The notes: generated from the sequence alone by a model not told the origin. Positions 24,133-38,034 are shown, counted from the first letter of the stretch. The stretch is DNA of 64,000 nucleotides from an uncultured Gemmatimonadaceae bacterium (GCA_963843845.1 CAWJMB010000002.1:1984001-2048000), one strand, 5' to 3'. Translations and numbers: made by a program.

Positions 24133-24211
24133 CCGGGATCGGCCGGGGCGGACGCAAGATTCACGCCATATAACGTAGCTCGCCCGCCGCCTGAATGCAA
24201 ACGACGTCTCG

Positions 24212-25276
24212 ATGATTCATCCGCTGCTCTGGGCCGTCTTCACCGTCGGCGTGCTCGGCGTGCTCGCCCTCGACCTGGGCGTCTTCAACCGCGATGCGCA
24301 CGTCGTGAGGCCGCGCGAGGCGTTGACCTGGTGCGTGGTCTGGGTCGCGCTCGCGGCCGCATTCGGAATCGGCATCCACTTCACGCTCGGCCCCAAGTCC
24401 GCGCTCGAGTTCGCGACGGGATTCGTCGTGGAGGAAGCGCTCTCGGTCGACAACCTGTTCGTGTTCCTGCTGCTGTTCGGGTACTTCCGCGTCCCCGAAG
24501 AGCTGCAGCATCGCGTGCTGTTCTGGGGCATCATCGGCGCGCTCGTCATGCGCGGTGCATTCATCGCCCTCGGCGCGACGCTGCTGGAACACTTCCACTG
24601 GATCATCTACGTCTTCGGCGGCTTCCTCATCGTCACCGGCGCGCGCATGGTGCGCAGCGACGGCATCGACGTCGAGCCGGAACACAACCCGGCGCTCCGC
24701 CTCGTGCGGCGCCTGATGCCGGTCACGCCGCAGTTTCGCGGGAAACACTTCTTCGTTCGGGAGACGGACCCGACGCGCGGCCGCGAACGGTGGTTCGCAA
24801 CGCCGCTCTTCGTCGTGCTGGTGCTCGTCGAGACCACGGACCTCGTGTTCGCCGTCGATTCGATCCCGGCGATCTTCGGCGTGACTCGCGACCCGTTCAT
24901 CGTCTACACATCGAACGTGTTCGCGATTCTCGGGCTGCGTTCGCTGTTCGTTCTGCTCGCCGGGGCGCTCTCGCGCTTTCACCTGCTTCGTTTCGGCCTC
25001 GCGGCGGTGCTCGTGTTCGTCGGAGTGAAGATGCTGGTCTCCCCCAAGTGGGAGATTCCCATCACCGTCTCGCTCGGCGTCATCGTCGTGCTGTTGGGGG
25101 CGTCGGTCGTCGCGTCGCTGCGTCGCCCGCTCCCGATCGACGCTGCGACCGGTCTAACGCGATCCGAAACCGAACAGCAGCTCGTGGCGGCTCGGGCGCT
25201 CGGGGTCGAACACGAACTCGGCGCGGACGGCGGCGATCCCGACGCGGATGCCGACGTTCTGCGTGAGGGTGCCTAA
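24212..25276 (+). CDS. TerC/Alx-family membrane protein
   Basis: EEALSVDNLFVF, LVETTDLVFAVDSIPAIF, SNVFAILGLRSL. Confidence 0.93.
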   Translation: MIHPLLWAVFTVGVLGVLALDLGVFNRDAHVVRPREALTWCVVWVALAAAFGIGIHFTLGPKSALEFATGFVVEEALSVDNLFVFLLLFGYFRVPEELQHRVLFWGIIGALVMRGAFIALGATLLEHFHWIIYVFGGFLIVTGARMVRSDGIDVEPEHNPALRLVRRLMPVTPQFRGKHFFVRETDPTRGRERWFATPLFVVLVLVETTDLVFAVDSIPAIFGVTRDPFIVYTSNVFAILGLRSLFVLLAGALSRFHLLRFGLAAVLVFVGVKMLVSPKWEIPITVSLGVIVVLLGASVVASLRRPLPIDAATGLTRSETEQQLVAARALGVEHELGADGGDPDADADVLREGA

Positions 25277-26704
25277 CCGCTCGACACCCGCGCCGCCGAC
25301 GAGATGTCGGAGCGCGAACGTCGGGCTGCCGACGAATGGAACGCGGACCGCCTTCACGGGCACGGTATATCGGCTCTCCAGCCAGGCGAGTCGATCGCCG
25401 CCGACCCGGAGCAAGTCGATCGTCGGGATGGTCCCGTTGCCTCCGAGATACGCGAAGCGCTGCGAGGGTGCGCGATCGCCCACCGTCGCAACGCCATGCG
25501 CGAACGCATCGAAGCGCTGCTCCCCGAACGTCACGAATCCGATCCGTCCGTCGAGCGTGAACTGCACGAAGCGCTCGTCGAGCGGCGTGTGGACGGGTAC
25601 TTCAGCTCGTATTTCCGCGGCGCCGAGGAGCGGTCCGACAAAGCTGCGAATGCGAGCGCCGACCAGCGCGCTCGCTATGCTCCCGCCCCCGACGGCGGGG
25701 TTGGCGCGACGCATCCCTTCCACCCCGTCGTCGCGGCTCAGCAGACTCCACGGTACCGACGCCGCAGTCGAATCGCGCGCCGCGGACCACGACCGCTCGA
25801 GCAACGCGCCGACGTACGGGGCGAACGTTCGTCCCGCGGCCTCGAAGGTCCGGCCGACGGTGACGTCGGCGCGGTCGGCGCGGTAGTAATTTCGCGCGTC
25901 GCTTCCCGAGAACAGCGATGCCGCGCTGTTGACGAGATCGTTCCGGCTCCAGCCGTCATTCGTGAACGTTCCGCGCCGTGCGCTGGCCGTGACGAGATAG
26001 CGGGTCGTCGCGAGCTCCCCCACCAGTGACAGATCGACGTCGCCGAGTTGCGAGCGGTACGTGACGGTCGGATCGATGCGGAGTTCGTCGTCGAGCAGCG
26101 AGATGGTCGGACCGAACGGGAGCGACAGACCGTTCACGCGATCGTATGCCGGGATGCGTACGCCGTACACGCCCGGCAGGGAGAACGTCGGGATGTCGCC
26201 GCGGGTCCCCGTCGTCAGCGTGACCGCGAGGGCCCGGGCCGCGACGCGTCGCGTGCGAACGCCCACATCCGGGAACGCCAGTCGGTCGCCGTGCACGACC
26301 GCGAGCGACGAGTTGACGATGTGCCCGCCGATCGCGATCGCCCGCCCGTCGATCACGGCGCCGGGGCGGAGCACGAGGTCGCCGAGCGCCACGACGTCGC
26401 CGCGTACGTGACCCTCGAGCCGCACCGGGCCACCGACGACGATGAGCGCGGTCCCCACGTCGATCGCGCGGCCCAGCACGATTCCCGTGTCCGGCGCGAC
26501 GAGCGTCCGGTGGAGCCGCGACGCGACGTCACGCAGCACGCTCGCCGCGATCGTCGACTCGATGCTCTCGATCGTGAGCGTCGGATTCGGGCCGGCGGTC
26601 AGCGGCAGCGTGTCCGCGCGAACCTGCGCGCGAGCGCGCGATGTCGTCGCGAGTTGAGCGGCCGACAACGCCGCAACGGCGGCGATCGTTCGTGAGCGAA
26701 TCAT
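25154..26704 (-). CDS. Exported protein with polymer-forming/beta-helix-like N-domain and probable outer-membrane beta-barrel
   Basis: Signal peptide; GGPVRLEGHVRGDVVALGDLVLRPGAVIDG repeat; YDRVNGL motif; alternating beta strands to the C-terminus. Confidence 0.6.
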   Translation of the reverse strand: MIRSRTIAAVAALSAAQLATTSRARAQVRADTLPLTAGPNPTLTIESIESTIAASVLRDVASRLHRTLVAPDTGIVLGRAIDVGTALIVVGGPVRLEGHVRGDVVALGDLVLRPGAVIDGRAIAIGGHIVNSSLAVVHGDRLAFPDVGVRTRRVAARALAVTLTTGTRGDIPTFSLPGVYGVRIPAYDRVNGLSLPFGPTISLLDDELRIDPTVTYRSQLGDVDLSLVGELATTRYLVTASARRGTFTNDGWSRNDLVNSAASLFSGSDARNYYRADRADVTVGRTFEAAGRTFAPYVGALLERSWSAARDSTAASVPWSLLSRDDGVEGMRRANPAVGGGSIASALVGARIRSFVGPLLGAAEIRAEVPVHTPLDERFVQFTLDGRIGFVTFGEQRFDAFAHGVATVGDRAPSQRFAYLGGNGTIPTIDLLRVGGDRLAWLESRYTVPVKAVRVPFVGSPTFALRHLVGGAGVERLGTLTQNVGIRVGIAAVRAEFVFDPERPSRHELLFGFGSR

Positions 26705-27276
26705 CGCGCCATCGTGAGGAAGTTCGCGAGCAGCTGCTGCCCGTGCTGCGTCATGATCGACTCCGGGTGGAATTGCACGCCCCACACCGGGTGCGTTCGG
26801 TGCCGAACGGCATGCACCTCGGACGGATCGTCGCACGCGCTGGCGATCACCTCGAGCTCGGCCGGGATCGATGACGGCTCGACGACGAGCGAGTGATAGC
26901 GCATGACGTCTAGCGGCGCCGGCATCCCCGCGAACAGTCCGGTCCCGTCGTGCGCGATCTGCGACGTCTTCCCGTGCATCACTCTCTTCGCCCGGACGAC
27001 GCGGCCGCCGTACGCTTCGCCGATCGCCTGGTGGCCGAGGCAGACACCGAGGATCGGGATCGTCGCGCCCCACCGTCTCACGACCGGCACCGTGATCCCG
27101 GCCTCGCTCGGCGTGCACGGACCCGGAGAGAGTACGATCGCGGACGGTCGCAGGTCGCCGACCGCCTCGACCGAGATCGCGTCGTTCCGCCGCACGTCGA
27201 GCACCGCGCCGAGTCCCCCCAGGAACTGAACGAGGTTGTAGGTGAACGAGTCGTAGTTGTCAATGACGAGGATCAT
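26701..27276 (-). CDS. Anthranilate/aminodeoxychorismate synthase component II (TrpG/PabA)
   Basis: IDNYDSFTYNL, SPGP, GVCLGHQ, MRYHSL, QFHPES. Confidence 0.95.
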   Translation of the reverse strand: MILVIDNYDSFTYNLVQFLGGLGAVLDVRRNDAISVEAVGDLRPSAIVLSPGPCTPSEAGITVPVVRRWGATIPILGVCLGHQAIGEAYGGRVVRAKRVMHGKTSQIAHDGTGLFAGMPAPLDVMRYHSLVVEPSSIPAELEVIASACDDPSEVHAVRHRTHPVWGVQFHPESIMTQHGQQLLANFLTMAR

Positions 27277-28196
27277 GACCGGGGATGATACTGGCGATGT
27301 ACGCCGCGGAGGTACTCGCGGTCGACGTGCGTGTAGATCTGCGTGGTCGAGATGTCCGCGTGGCCTAGCATCTCCTGGACCGCGCGCAGGTCCGCCCCGC
27401 CTTCGAGCAGGTGCGTCGCGAACGAATGGCGGAGGGTGTGCGGCGTGACGCGCTTCGTGATGCCGGCTCGGTCGACGTGTTTTCGCAGGATCTTCCAGGC
27501 GCCCATCCGCGTGAGCGGCTCGCCGCGCGCGTTCAGGAAGAGCGTGCTCCGTCCACGCCCACGCTCGAGCGTAGGCCGTAGCTCGCGCAGATAGGTCGCG
27601 ACGGCGCCGATCGCCTTCCCGCCGATCGGTACGACGCGCTCCTTGCCACCCTTGCCGAACACACGCACGAGCGCCTCGTCGAACAACAGGTCGCGCGTGC
27701 TGACGCCGATCCACTCGGAGACACGCAGGCCGGCCCCGTAGGCGAGCTCCAGCATCGCGCGGTCGCGGAACACGAGCGGCTCGTCCAGCTGCGGGGCGGC
27801 GAGCAGGCGCTCGATCTCGTCGACGCTGAGAACGTCGGGGAGAGCCCGCCACCCGCGCGGAGTCTCCAGCCGCTCGCTCGGGTCGCGCGTGACGTGTCCC
27901 TCGCTCAGCAAGAACTTGTAGTACGTCCGCAGCGTGCTCACGCCGCGACGGATCGACGCCGGCGCGAGTCCGAGGTCCTTCATGTGATACATGAAAGATC
28001 GCAGCCCACGTGCGTCGACGCCCGACGGGTCGCGGGCGCCCAACGTCAGCGCGAAGCTCGCGAACCGCGCGACGTCGCGCGCGTAGGCGATGCGGGTGTT
28101 GGCGGACGCGCCGCTCTCGAGGTCCAGGTAGTCCTGAAAGCGCTCGAGGAGAAATGCGCGCGCGGCGTCGTCCGGCAGCTGCGGGATACCGGCCAC
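27273..28196 (-). CDS. xerD: Site-specific tyrosine recombinase XerD
   Basis: RDRAMLELAYGAGLRVSE, GKGGKER.VP, HTLRHSFATHLLEGGADLRAVQEMLGHADISTTQIYTHV; start approximate. Confidence 0.9.
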   Translation of the reverse strand: MAGIPQLPDDAARAFLLERFQDYLDLESGASANTRIAYARDVARFASFALTLGARDPSGVDARGLRSFMYHMKDLGLAPASIRRGVSTLRTYYKFLLSEGHVTRDPSERLETPRGWRALPDVLSVDEIERLLAAPQLDEPLVFRDRAMLELAYGAGLRVSEWIGVSTRDLLFDEALVRVFGKGGKERVVPIGGKAIGAVATYLRELRPTLERGRGRSTLFLNARGEPLTRMGAWKILRKHVDRAGITKRVTPHTLRHSFATHLLEGGADLRAVQEMLGHADISTTQIYTHVDREYLRGVHRQYHPRS

Positions 28197-28200
28197 GCCG

Positions 28201-28806
28201 TCACGCCGCCGTGCGGCGTCGACGCAGCCACCAGATCGCGACGCCCGCGGTCGCGACGATGGCCGCGCCGCCACCGACCCACCGCTGGCCGCGCGCGATC
28301 GCCGCCTGCAGCGCCTCGAAGTTCGCCCCTGCCGTGAACGCGAGATACGTGATGCCGCCGTACCAGAGCGCCGACGCGACGCCCATGGCGAGCAAGGCGC
28401 GCACGGCGCCGACTCGGAGCGCGCCGGCGACCGGCGGAACGATCGCGCGCACGCCCGGCAGGAACCGGCTCAGCGCGATGGCCCACAAGCCGTACCTCGC
28501 ATACATCGACGCGAGCCGCTCGCGACCCTGCCCCGCGCCGTCGAGCCGCTTCAGCACGCGCTCCGCCCCGAACCGCGCGCCGACCCAGTACATCAGCATC
28601 GCGCCGAGCAGGTTGCCGCCGAGGGTCGCGAGATACGTGAGCACCGGCGAAGCCTGCCCGCGTGCCGCGATGAAGCTCCCGAACGCGACGACGGTGTCCG
28701 AGGGGAGCGGCGGGAAGATGTTCTCGATGCCGGCAGCGAACGCGAGCGCGGCGTAGAGCGCGAGCGGCGGGAGCCGGGCGAACCAGTCGAGCAGGTCGCG
28801 CAACAT
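28201..28806 (-). CDS. DedA-family membrane protein
   Basis: ENIFPPLPSD and SRFLPGVR motifs. Confidence 0.9.
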   Translation of the reverse strand: MLRDLLDWFARLPPLALYAALAFAAGIENIFPPLPSDTVVAFGSFIAARGQASPVLTYLATLGGNLLGAMLMYWVGARFGAERVLKRLDGAGQGRERLASMYARYGLWAIALSRFLPGVRAIVPPVAGALRVGAVRALLAMGVASALWYGGITYLAFTAGANFEALQAAIARGQRWVGGGAAIVATAGVAIWWLRRRRTAA

Positions 28807-28815
28807 CGCCGACCC

Positions 28816-29329
28816 CTACCGCGCGTCGCCGTGCCGTCCGTCCCGACCGTCGAGCGGCGCGAGCGTCGCGACGGCGATGCAGGCCAGACCCTCCCCGCGG
28901 CCGATCCAACCCATCCGTTCGTTCGTCTTTCCCTTGAGTCCCACCGCGTCGGCCGGGATGCCTAACGCCTCGGCCAGCGCGGCGCGCATCGCGTCACGAT
29001 GCGGCCCGATCTTCGGGGACTCGGCGACGACCGTCACGTCGACGTTCGCGACCTGCCACCCGCGCTCCGCGACGCGCGCGACGGCGCGACGCAGCATGTC
29101 GATCGAGTCGCGACCGGCGTTCGCCGGATCGGTGTCGGCGAACATCTCCCCGATGTCGCCTGCCGCGGCAGCGCCGAGCACCGCGTCCGTGACGGCGTGG
29201 GCGATCGCGTCGCCGTCAGAATGCCCCACCAGGCGCACCGGTCGACGGGACGTCGATCGCCGCCGAGCCGCATCGGCCCGCCCGGCCGAAGCGGTGCGAG
29301 TCGTACCCGACCCCGACGCGAACGCTCAC
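28816..29329 (-). CDS. ispF: 2-C-methyl-D-erythritol 2,4-cyclodiphosphate synthase (frameshifted)
   Basis: RVGVGYDSHRF, GHSDGD..HAVTDA.LGAA..GDIG, KGKTNERMG..GRGEG. Confidence 0.93.
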
Positions 29330-30396
29330 GGCCCCGCCACCCCGACGGCGTCACGCGGCGACCGACGTCGGCGCGCGATGACCGAGTAGTCCTGGCGGCG
29401 CCGCGCCGGCGTGAAGCCGGCGTCCGTGATGAGGTGTTCGATCTCCTCGGTCGTCGTGCGATACGTCGTGTTGGCCGCCGACACGACGTTCTCCTCGATC
29501 ATGAGCGAGCCGAAGTCGTTGCATCCGAAGCGGAGCGCCGTCTGCCCCACCTTGAGTCCCATCGTCACCCAGCTCGCCTGCAGGTTCGGCACGTTGTCGA
29601 GCACGATGCGCGCGATCGCGACCGTGCGCAGATACTCGATCGCGTCCGTCTTCGGCATGTGCTGGAACTGCCGGCGTGTTCTCCGGCTGCAGCGGCCACA
29701 GATGAACGCCGTGAACCCGCCCGTCCGCGCCTGCACGTCGCGCACGCGCTGCAGGTGCTCGATGCGCTCGGCCAGCGTCTCGCCGATGCCGTACATCATC
29801 GTCACCGACGTCTTCATGCCCTCGCCGTGCGCCAACTCCATGATCTCGAGCCAGCGATCGGCGCCGGCCTTCTTCGGTGCCGCGATGTCGCGCACGCGCT
29901 GCACGAGGATCTCGCCGCCGCCGCCCGGGATCGAATCGAGTCCCGCCGCCTTCAGCTCGCGAATGACGTCGACCGCCTCCATCCGAAAGCGGCGTGGCGA
30001 AGAAGTCGACTTCGCTCGGGCTGAAGCCGTGGATGTGGATCGGGTGATACCGCTTGATGTAGCGCAGCAGGTCGAGGTACCACTCGAACGGGATGTACGG
30101 GTTGTGCCCGCCCTGGATCAGGATCTGCACGCCGCCCAGCGCCTTCGTCTCGTCGATCTTCTGCGCCGATCTGCTCGAACGAGAGCGTGTAGCCCTCGGC
30201 GTGCTTCGGACGGCGCGCAGAATGCGCAGAACCCGCAATCCGCGACGCAGACGTTCGTGTAGTTGATGTTCCGGTCGACGATGTACGTGACGACGTCGTG
30301 CGGGTGGCGCTCGCGCCGGACGCGGTCCGCCTCGGCGCCGAGCTCGAGGAGCGGCGCGTTCGTGTAGAAGTCGAGCAGGTCGCGCATCGGCGTCAT
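29326..30396 (-). CDS. mqnC: Cyclic dehypoxanthine futalosine synthase, radical SAM (frameshifted)
   Basis: [48 protein letters not shown]. Confidence 0.9.
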
Positions 30397-30402
30397 TCGC
30401 CT

Positions 30403-31247
30403 TCACGCAGCAGGGAGGAATGCGAGCGTGCCGTTCGGCACCCGGCCGGCGCTCACGAGACGGCGGAAGAACTCCGTGAGGCCGGCGAGATGCGGGTACG
30501 ACAGCCCGTAGTCGAGCCCCGACAGATACTCGTCGCACGCGGCGAGCGAGACGCCGGTGGCCTCGTGCGCGACGCGGGCCAGCTCGGGCCGATGCGCCAG
30601 CCCCCAGTTGCGCGACTCGATGAGCGAGGCGTGCACGCCCAGCGCCTGCGCGACGGGCAGTGCGCGGCTGCGCGACCCAGACGGCGAACACGAACGGCAG
30701 CCCGGTCCAACGCTTCCACGCGAGGCCGAGGTCGTAGACGTACCGGTATCCGTCGTTCGCGGAGCGAGGCGAGGAGCAGCGCCGCATCACCGATGACGAG
30801 CCGCGCCGGACGGCCGACCCCGCGCTCGAACGACGAGAGATCCGCCACCTCTGCGTCGCCGGCGACGAACTCGGGACGGGCGCGCCACACGTGCTCGAAC
30901 AGCAGCTCGAGCAGCGCCACGCTCGTCATCGAGCTGCGCGACACGATCACGCGGCGCCCGCCTAACGATTCTGCGGGCCGGTCCGAGAACATCAGCACGC
31001 TGCGCACGGGCCCGTCGCACGAGATGGCGAGGTCGGGGAGCAGGAGGTAGCGGTGCGCGTCGCGCGCGTACTCGACGGCCGACACGACACTCACGTCGAG
31101 GGCGTCCTCGGCCATCAGTCGATTCAGCGCTGACGGAACCCCGTCGACGAGTTCTGCGTCGAGCGAGACGATGCCGCGGTCGATCGCTCCGTAGACCGGA
31201 TAGCAGTTGACGTACGGGATGCGCCCGACGCGCGTCCGCCGCGTCAT
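30403..31247 (-). CDS. mqnA: Chorismate dehydratase (frameshifted)
   Basis: IPYVNCYP, GPVRSV, SMTSVAL, LVIGDAAL, DLG.AW...TGLPFVFAVW. Confidence 0.88.
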
Positions 31248-31248
31248 C

Positions 31249-32440
31249 TCACGCCGCCCGCGCCGCCGCCGCGTCGGCGGCCCCGGCCGCGGCGCCCGCC
31301 GGGTCGAACGTCCGCAACACGTTGTAGAACGAGTCACGCTCCGCGGCGATCTTGCCGGCGCCGTGAATGAGCTTCAGCAGCTCGTCGAGCGAGAGCCCCT
31401 GCGGGGTGTGCGCGCCGACGGCGTGGTAGATCTTCTCGCGCACGACCGTGCCTTCGAGGTCGTTCACGCCGAAGTGCAACGCGACCTGGCTCAGCGCCGT
31501 CGACACCATGATCCAGTGCGACTTGACGTGCGCGAAGTTGTCGAGGAACAGCCGGCCGATGGCGAGCATCTTGAGATCGTCGAACCCCGTCGTCGCGACG
31601 CCGCGCCGCCCGAGCCGCTCGCCGAGTGCGTTGTCGTCGGGGTGGTACGCGAGGGGGATGAAGGCGAGGAAGCCGCCCGTCTCGTCCTGGAGCTCGCGCA
31701 GCATCGTCAGGTGCTCCACGCGATCGTGGGTCGTCTCGACGTGCCCGTAGAGCATCGTGCAGTTGGAGCGGATGCCCAACGCGTGCGCCGCGCGGTGCAC
31801 GCCGATGTAGTCGGCCCCGCCCAGCTTCTGCTCGGCGATCTGGTCGCGCACGGCCGCGCTGAACGTCTCGGCTCCTCCGCCGGGCAGCGTGTCGAGCCCC
31901 GCGTCGCGCAGCGCGTGAGCACGTCCGTCCAACTGCAGCTTCTCCATCCGCGCGAGGTGCGCGATCTCGACCGCGGTCAGCGCCTTGATGTGCACGTGCG
32001 GGAAGCTGCGTCTTCAGCGCGCGGAACATCTCCGCGTAGTACGCGAGTCCCGCCTTCATGTCGAGCCCGCCGACGATGTGGAACTCGCGCGTCAGCCCGT
32101 CCGCCGCATGCGCCGCCTCGTCGAGCACCTGCTCCAGCGAATAGCGATACGCGCCGTCCTCCGCGGCATCCGCGCGTAGCCACAGAAGTACGCACGTCTT
32201 GCGCAGGACGCAGATGTTGGTCGGGTTGATGTGCTGGTTCGCGGCGAAGGTGACGCGGTCGCCGTGGCGCGCGCGGTTCGCCGCGTCGGCCATCGTGCCG
32301 ATGCCTAGCAGGTCCGACGATCGAAAGAGCGCGACGCCGTCCGCGAACGTCAGGCGTTCGCCGGCGAGCACCTTGTCCGCGACTGGCCGCAGCCGCGTGT
32401 CGGTCACGCGAGCGAGGTCGAACGCGACCGGCTGAGACAT
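31249..32440 (-). CDS. mqnE: Aminofutalosine synthase, radical SAM (frameshifted)
   Basis: [54 protein letters not shown]. Confidence 0.9.
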
Positions 32441-32460
32441 GGGGCGGATCGCCTCGCGCG

Positions 32461-33714
32461 TCAATCAGCGAAGCGCCTGACGGCGAGCGACACGTTGTGC
32501 CCGCCGAACCCCGAGCTGTTGCTGATCGCGGCATCGATGCGACGCGGCCCGCGGGACGTTCGGCGTGAAGTCGAGCGTCGCACTCCGGATCGGGCGTCGA
32601 GTAGTTGATCGTCGGCGGCACCATCCCGTCGCGAATGGCCAGCGTGCAGGCGATGAACTCGACCGCGCCTGCGGCGCCGAGCATGTGGCCGGTCACCGAC
32701 TTCGTGGAGCTGACGCTGAGGCCGTCGACCGCGTCGCCGAACACGATGCGCGATCGCCTTCGCCTCGTTCGGGTCGTTGAGCGGCGTGGACGTGCCGTGC
32801 GCGTTCACGTAGTGCGATGTCGCGCGGCGTCAGGCCCGCATCGCTCATCGCGCGGCGCATCGCGCGCTGCAGCCCCTCGTGGTCGGGTGGCTGGCCGGTG
32901 AGGTGGTAGGCGTCGCCGGTCGCGCGATAGCCCGCGACCTCGCCGTAGATGCGCGCACCCGCGCGCCGCGCGTGCTCCAGCTCCTCGAGCACGACGACTC
33001 CCGCGCCCTCGCCCATCACGAACCCGTCGCGCGTCGCGTCGAACGGGCGCGACGCGGTCTGCCGGGCGAGTCGTTGCGCGTCGAGAGCGCGCGTCATGTT
33101 CGCGAAGCCGCCGATCGACATCGGCGTGACCGCCGCCTCGGAGCCGCCGGCGATCATGATGTCGGCGTCGCCGTACTGGATGGTGCGGAACGCGTCGCCG
33201 ATGGCGTGCGCGCTCGTGGCGCACGCCGACACGGTGGCGTAGTTCGGCCCCTTCGCGCCGAAGCGCATGGACACGACGCCGGCCGCGATGTCGGCGATGA
33301 ACATCGGGATGAAGAACGGCGAGATCTTGCTGGCCCCGCGCTCCGATGAACGTCCGTGCTGCTCCTCGAAGCTCTTCAGCCCGCCGATGCCGCTGCCGAC
33401 GATGACGCCGATGCGTCCTCGGCGTCGAAGCCGCCGTCGCGCGAGGCCGGCGTCGGCCATCGCCTGCGACCGACGCCGGCCACGGCGTACTGCGTGTACA
33501 GGTCGGCGCGCTTCGCTTCCTTGCGGTCCATGTACATGCAGCGGATCGAAGCCCTTCACCTCGCAGGCGAAGCGCACGGCGAAATTCGACGCGTCGAACT
33601 TCGTGATCGGCGCTGCGCCCGACTCGCCGTCCAGCAGCGCGCGCCAGGTCGTCGCCACGTCGTTCCCGACTGGCGTGACCGCCCCGAGACCAGTGACGAC
33701 GACCCGACGCCGCA

Positions 33715-33715
<1 letters not shown>
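32461..33715 (-). CDS. fabF: 3-oxoacyl-ACP synthase II (frameshifted)
   Basis: [49 protein letters not shown]. Confidence 0.95.
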
Positions 33716-35768
<2,053 letters not shown>

Positions 35769-35791
35769 GCATGCGCGCGCGAGTGACGATG

Positions 35792-36797
35792 CTAGAAGCG
35801 GACGACCATCGAGCCCCACGTGAAGCCCGGCGCCGAACGCGACGAACAGCACGGTCGATGCCGTCCTTCACGCGCCCCTGTCTCGATCGCCTCGTCGAGC
35901 GCGATGCGGAATGGACGCCGACGAGGTGTTGCCGTAGCGGTCGACGTTCACGAAGACCTTGTCCATCGGGATGTTCGCGTGCTTCGCCGTCGCCTCGATG
36001 ATGCGCACGTTCGCCTGGTGCGGGATCATGAGGTCGATGTCGTTGCCGGTGAGCCTGCGCCGCGTCGAGCGCGCGATCGGCGGCTTCGCTCATCGAGCGC
36101 ACGGCGTGCTTGAACACCTCGCGGCCCGCCATGTGCACGTAGTGCGACGCGGTCGTCGAGCACGGCCTCGCTCGAACGGCATCGTCGCGCCGCCGCCGGG
36201 GCGCCAGAGCAGCTCGGCGAGCGTGCCGTCGCTGCGCATGAAGCGTCGAGAGGATCCCGCGCTGCTGCGTTCGACGCGCGCTGCAGCACCGCCGCGCCGG
36301 CGCCGTCGCCGAACAGCACGCAGGTGGCGCGGTCCTTCCAGTCGACGATGGCGCTCATCTTCTCGGCGCCGACGACGAGCGACCGTCTCGGCGCTGCCGG
36401 CGGCGATGAGCCCTTCGGCCACGTCGAGCGCGTAGAGCCAGCCCGTGCACGCGGCCGAGACGTCGAACGCCGCGGCGCGCGTCGCGCCGAGGATCGCCTG
36501 GAGGTCGACGGCGGTCGACGGGAAGCAGGCGGTCGGGGGTGGCGGTGCTGAGCACGATCGCGTCGATCTCGCTCGCGGTGACGCCGGCGCGCGCCATCGC
36601 CGTGCGCGCTGCCTCGGCGGCCATCGACGCGGTGGTCTCGCCATCGCCGGCGATGTGCCGCTCGATGAATGCCGGTGCGCTCGACGATCCACTCGTGCGA
36701 TCGTCTCGATGCCCGCGCGCGCGAAGTCGTGGTTCGTCATCACGCCGGCGGGGACGCCGCGTCCCGTGCCGGCGAAGTACGCGACCGGGCGCTTCAT
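35792..36797 (-). CDS. fabH: 3-oxoacyl-ACP synthase III (frameshifted)
   Basis: [41 protein letters not shown]. Confidence 0.93.
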
Positions 36798-36816
36798 GCC
36801 GCGCGCCTCGCGATGC

Positions 36817-37846
36817 TCACGTGCCGTGGTGCGACGGACCGTTGCCCGCTTCCGCGAGCCGGCGCCCGATGTGCTCGTTCATCCGCGACTCGACCGCGCG
36901 CACCGCGACGCCGATCGCGTTCTTGATCGCGCGCGGCGAGACTTGCCGTGCGAGATGATGCTCACGCCGCGCACGCCGAGCAGCGGCGCGCCGCCGTGCT
37001 CGGAGTAGTCGAGCTCCTTGAAGGCCAGTTCGAGTGCCTCGCGCTCCGCGCCGAAGCGCCTTGGCGAACACGTTCATGATCATCGGCGCGATCCCCTCGT
37101 AGAACTTGAGGAGCACGTTGCCGACGAAGCCGTCGCAGACGACGACGTCGATGGGACCGCGATCGCAGTGCCCCGCGGGAGGTCGCGTCCTTCGACGTTG
37201 CCGAGGAAGTTGATGCCGTGCGTCTGGAGGAGCAGCTGGTGCGCCTCCTTCACGGCGCGTTGCCCTTCTCCGGCTCCTCGCCGATGCTCAGCAGGCCGAC
37301 CGCGGCGATTCGCGCCCGAGGAGGTCGCGCGCGTACACGGAGCCGATGCGCGCGAACTGCACCAGCTCCTCGGGAGAGCAGTCGACGTTGGCGCCCGAGT
37401 CGAGCACGACGATCGGCCGACGCGCGGTCGGAAAGAGCGTGCCGATCGCGGGGCGGCGAAGGCCCGCGTGCAGTCGAGCAGAGCACCGACGCGGCCATCT
37501 GCGCGCCGGTGTTGCCGGCGGAGACGAACGCGTCGGATTGCCCCTCGGCCTGGAGACGGAGGCCGACCACCATCGAGCTGTGCGGCTTGCCGCGCACGGC
37601 CGTCGGCTTGTCCGACATCTCGATGACGTCGGGCGCCTCGACGATCGTGAGGCGCTCGCGATGCGCCCGATGTGCCGCGCAGCTCGCCGGCGAGCAACGT
37701 CGCGAGCTGGTGCTCGACGACGTCGCCGCGGCCGACGAGCTGGATTGTATGCGCCGGCGGAGCTCGGCGAGCGCGAGCAGCGCGCCGGCTACGGTGGCCC
37801 GGGGGGCGAAGTCGCCCCCCATGGCGTCCAACGCGATGCGCGCCAA
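36817..37846 (-). CDS. plsX: Phosphate acyltransferase PlsX (frameshifted)
   Basis: [35 protein letters not shown]. Confidence 0.93.
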
Positions 37847-37848
37847 GG

Positions 37849-38030
37849 TCAGGCTTCCTGCGCCTCGATTCGCTGCTCACCCGCGTAGTACCCGCACTCG
37901 GCACAGACGTGGTGCGGGCGCTTCATGCCTGACACTGCGGGCAATTCTGGATCGCGATCGCGGGAGCGGTCTTGTGCGTGTTGCGGGCGCGCTTCTTCCG
38001 CTTGGAGGTACGGCGCTTCGGGACGGCCAT
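37849..38030 (-). CDS. rpmF: 50S ribosomal protein L32 (frameshifted)
   Basis: MAVPKRRTSK..., CPQC and PHHVCAECGYY zinc ribbon. Confidence 0.93.
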
Positions 38031-38034
38031 GGAT

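Noticed and set aside
24133..24211. yybP-ykoY manganese riboswitch upstream of terC
   Set aside because: The gap is only about 80 bp, is shared with the divergent kdsB promoter, and shows no recognisable aptamer.
27273..28196. Tyrosine recombinase as a mobile-element integrase
   Set aside because: Sequence motifs and housekeeping context indicate chromosomal XerD.
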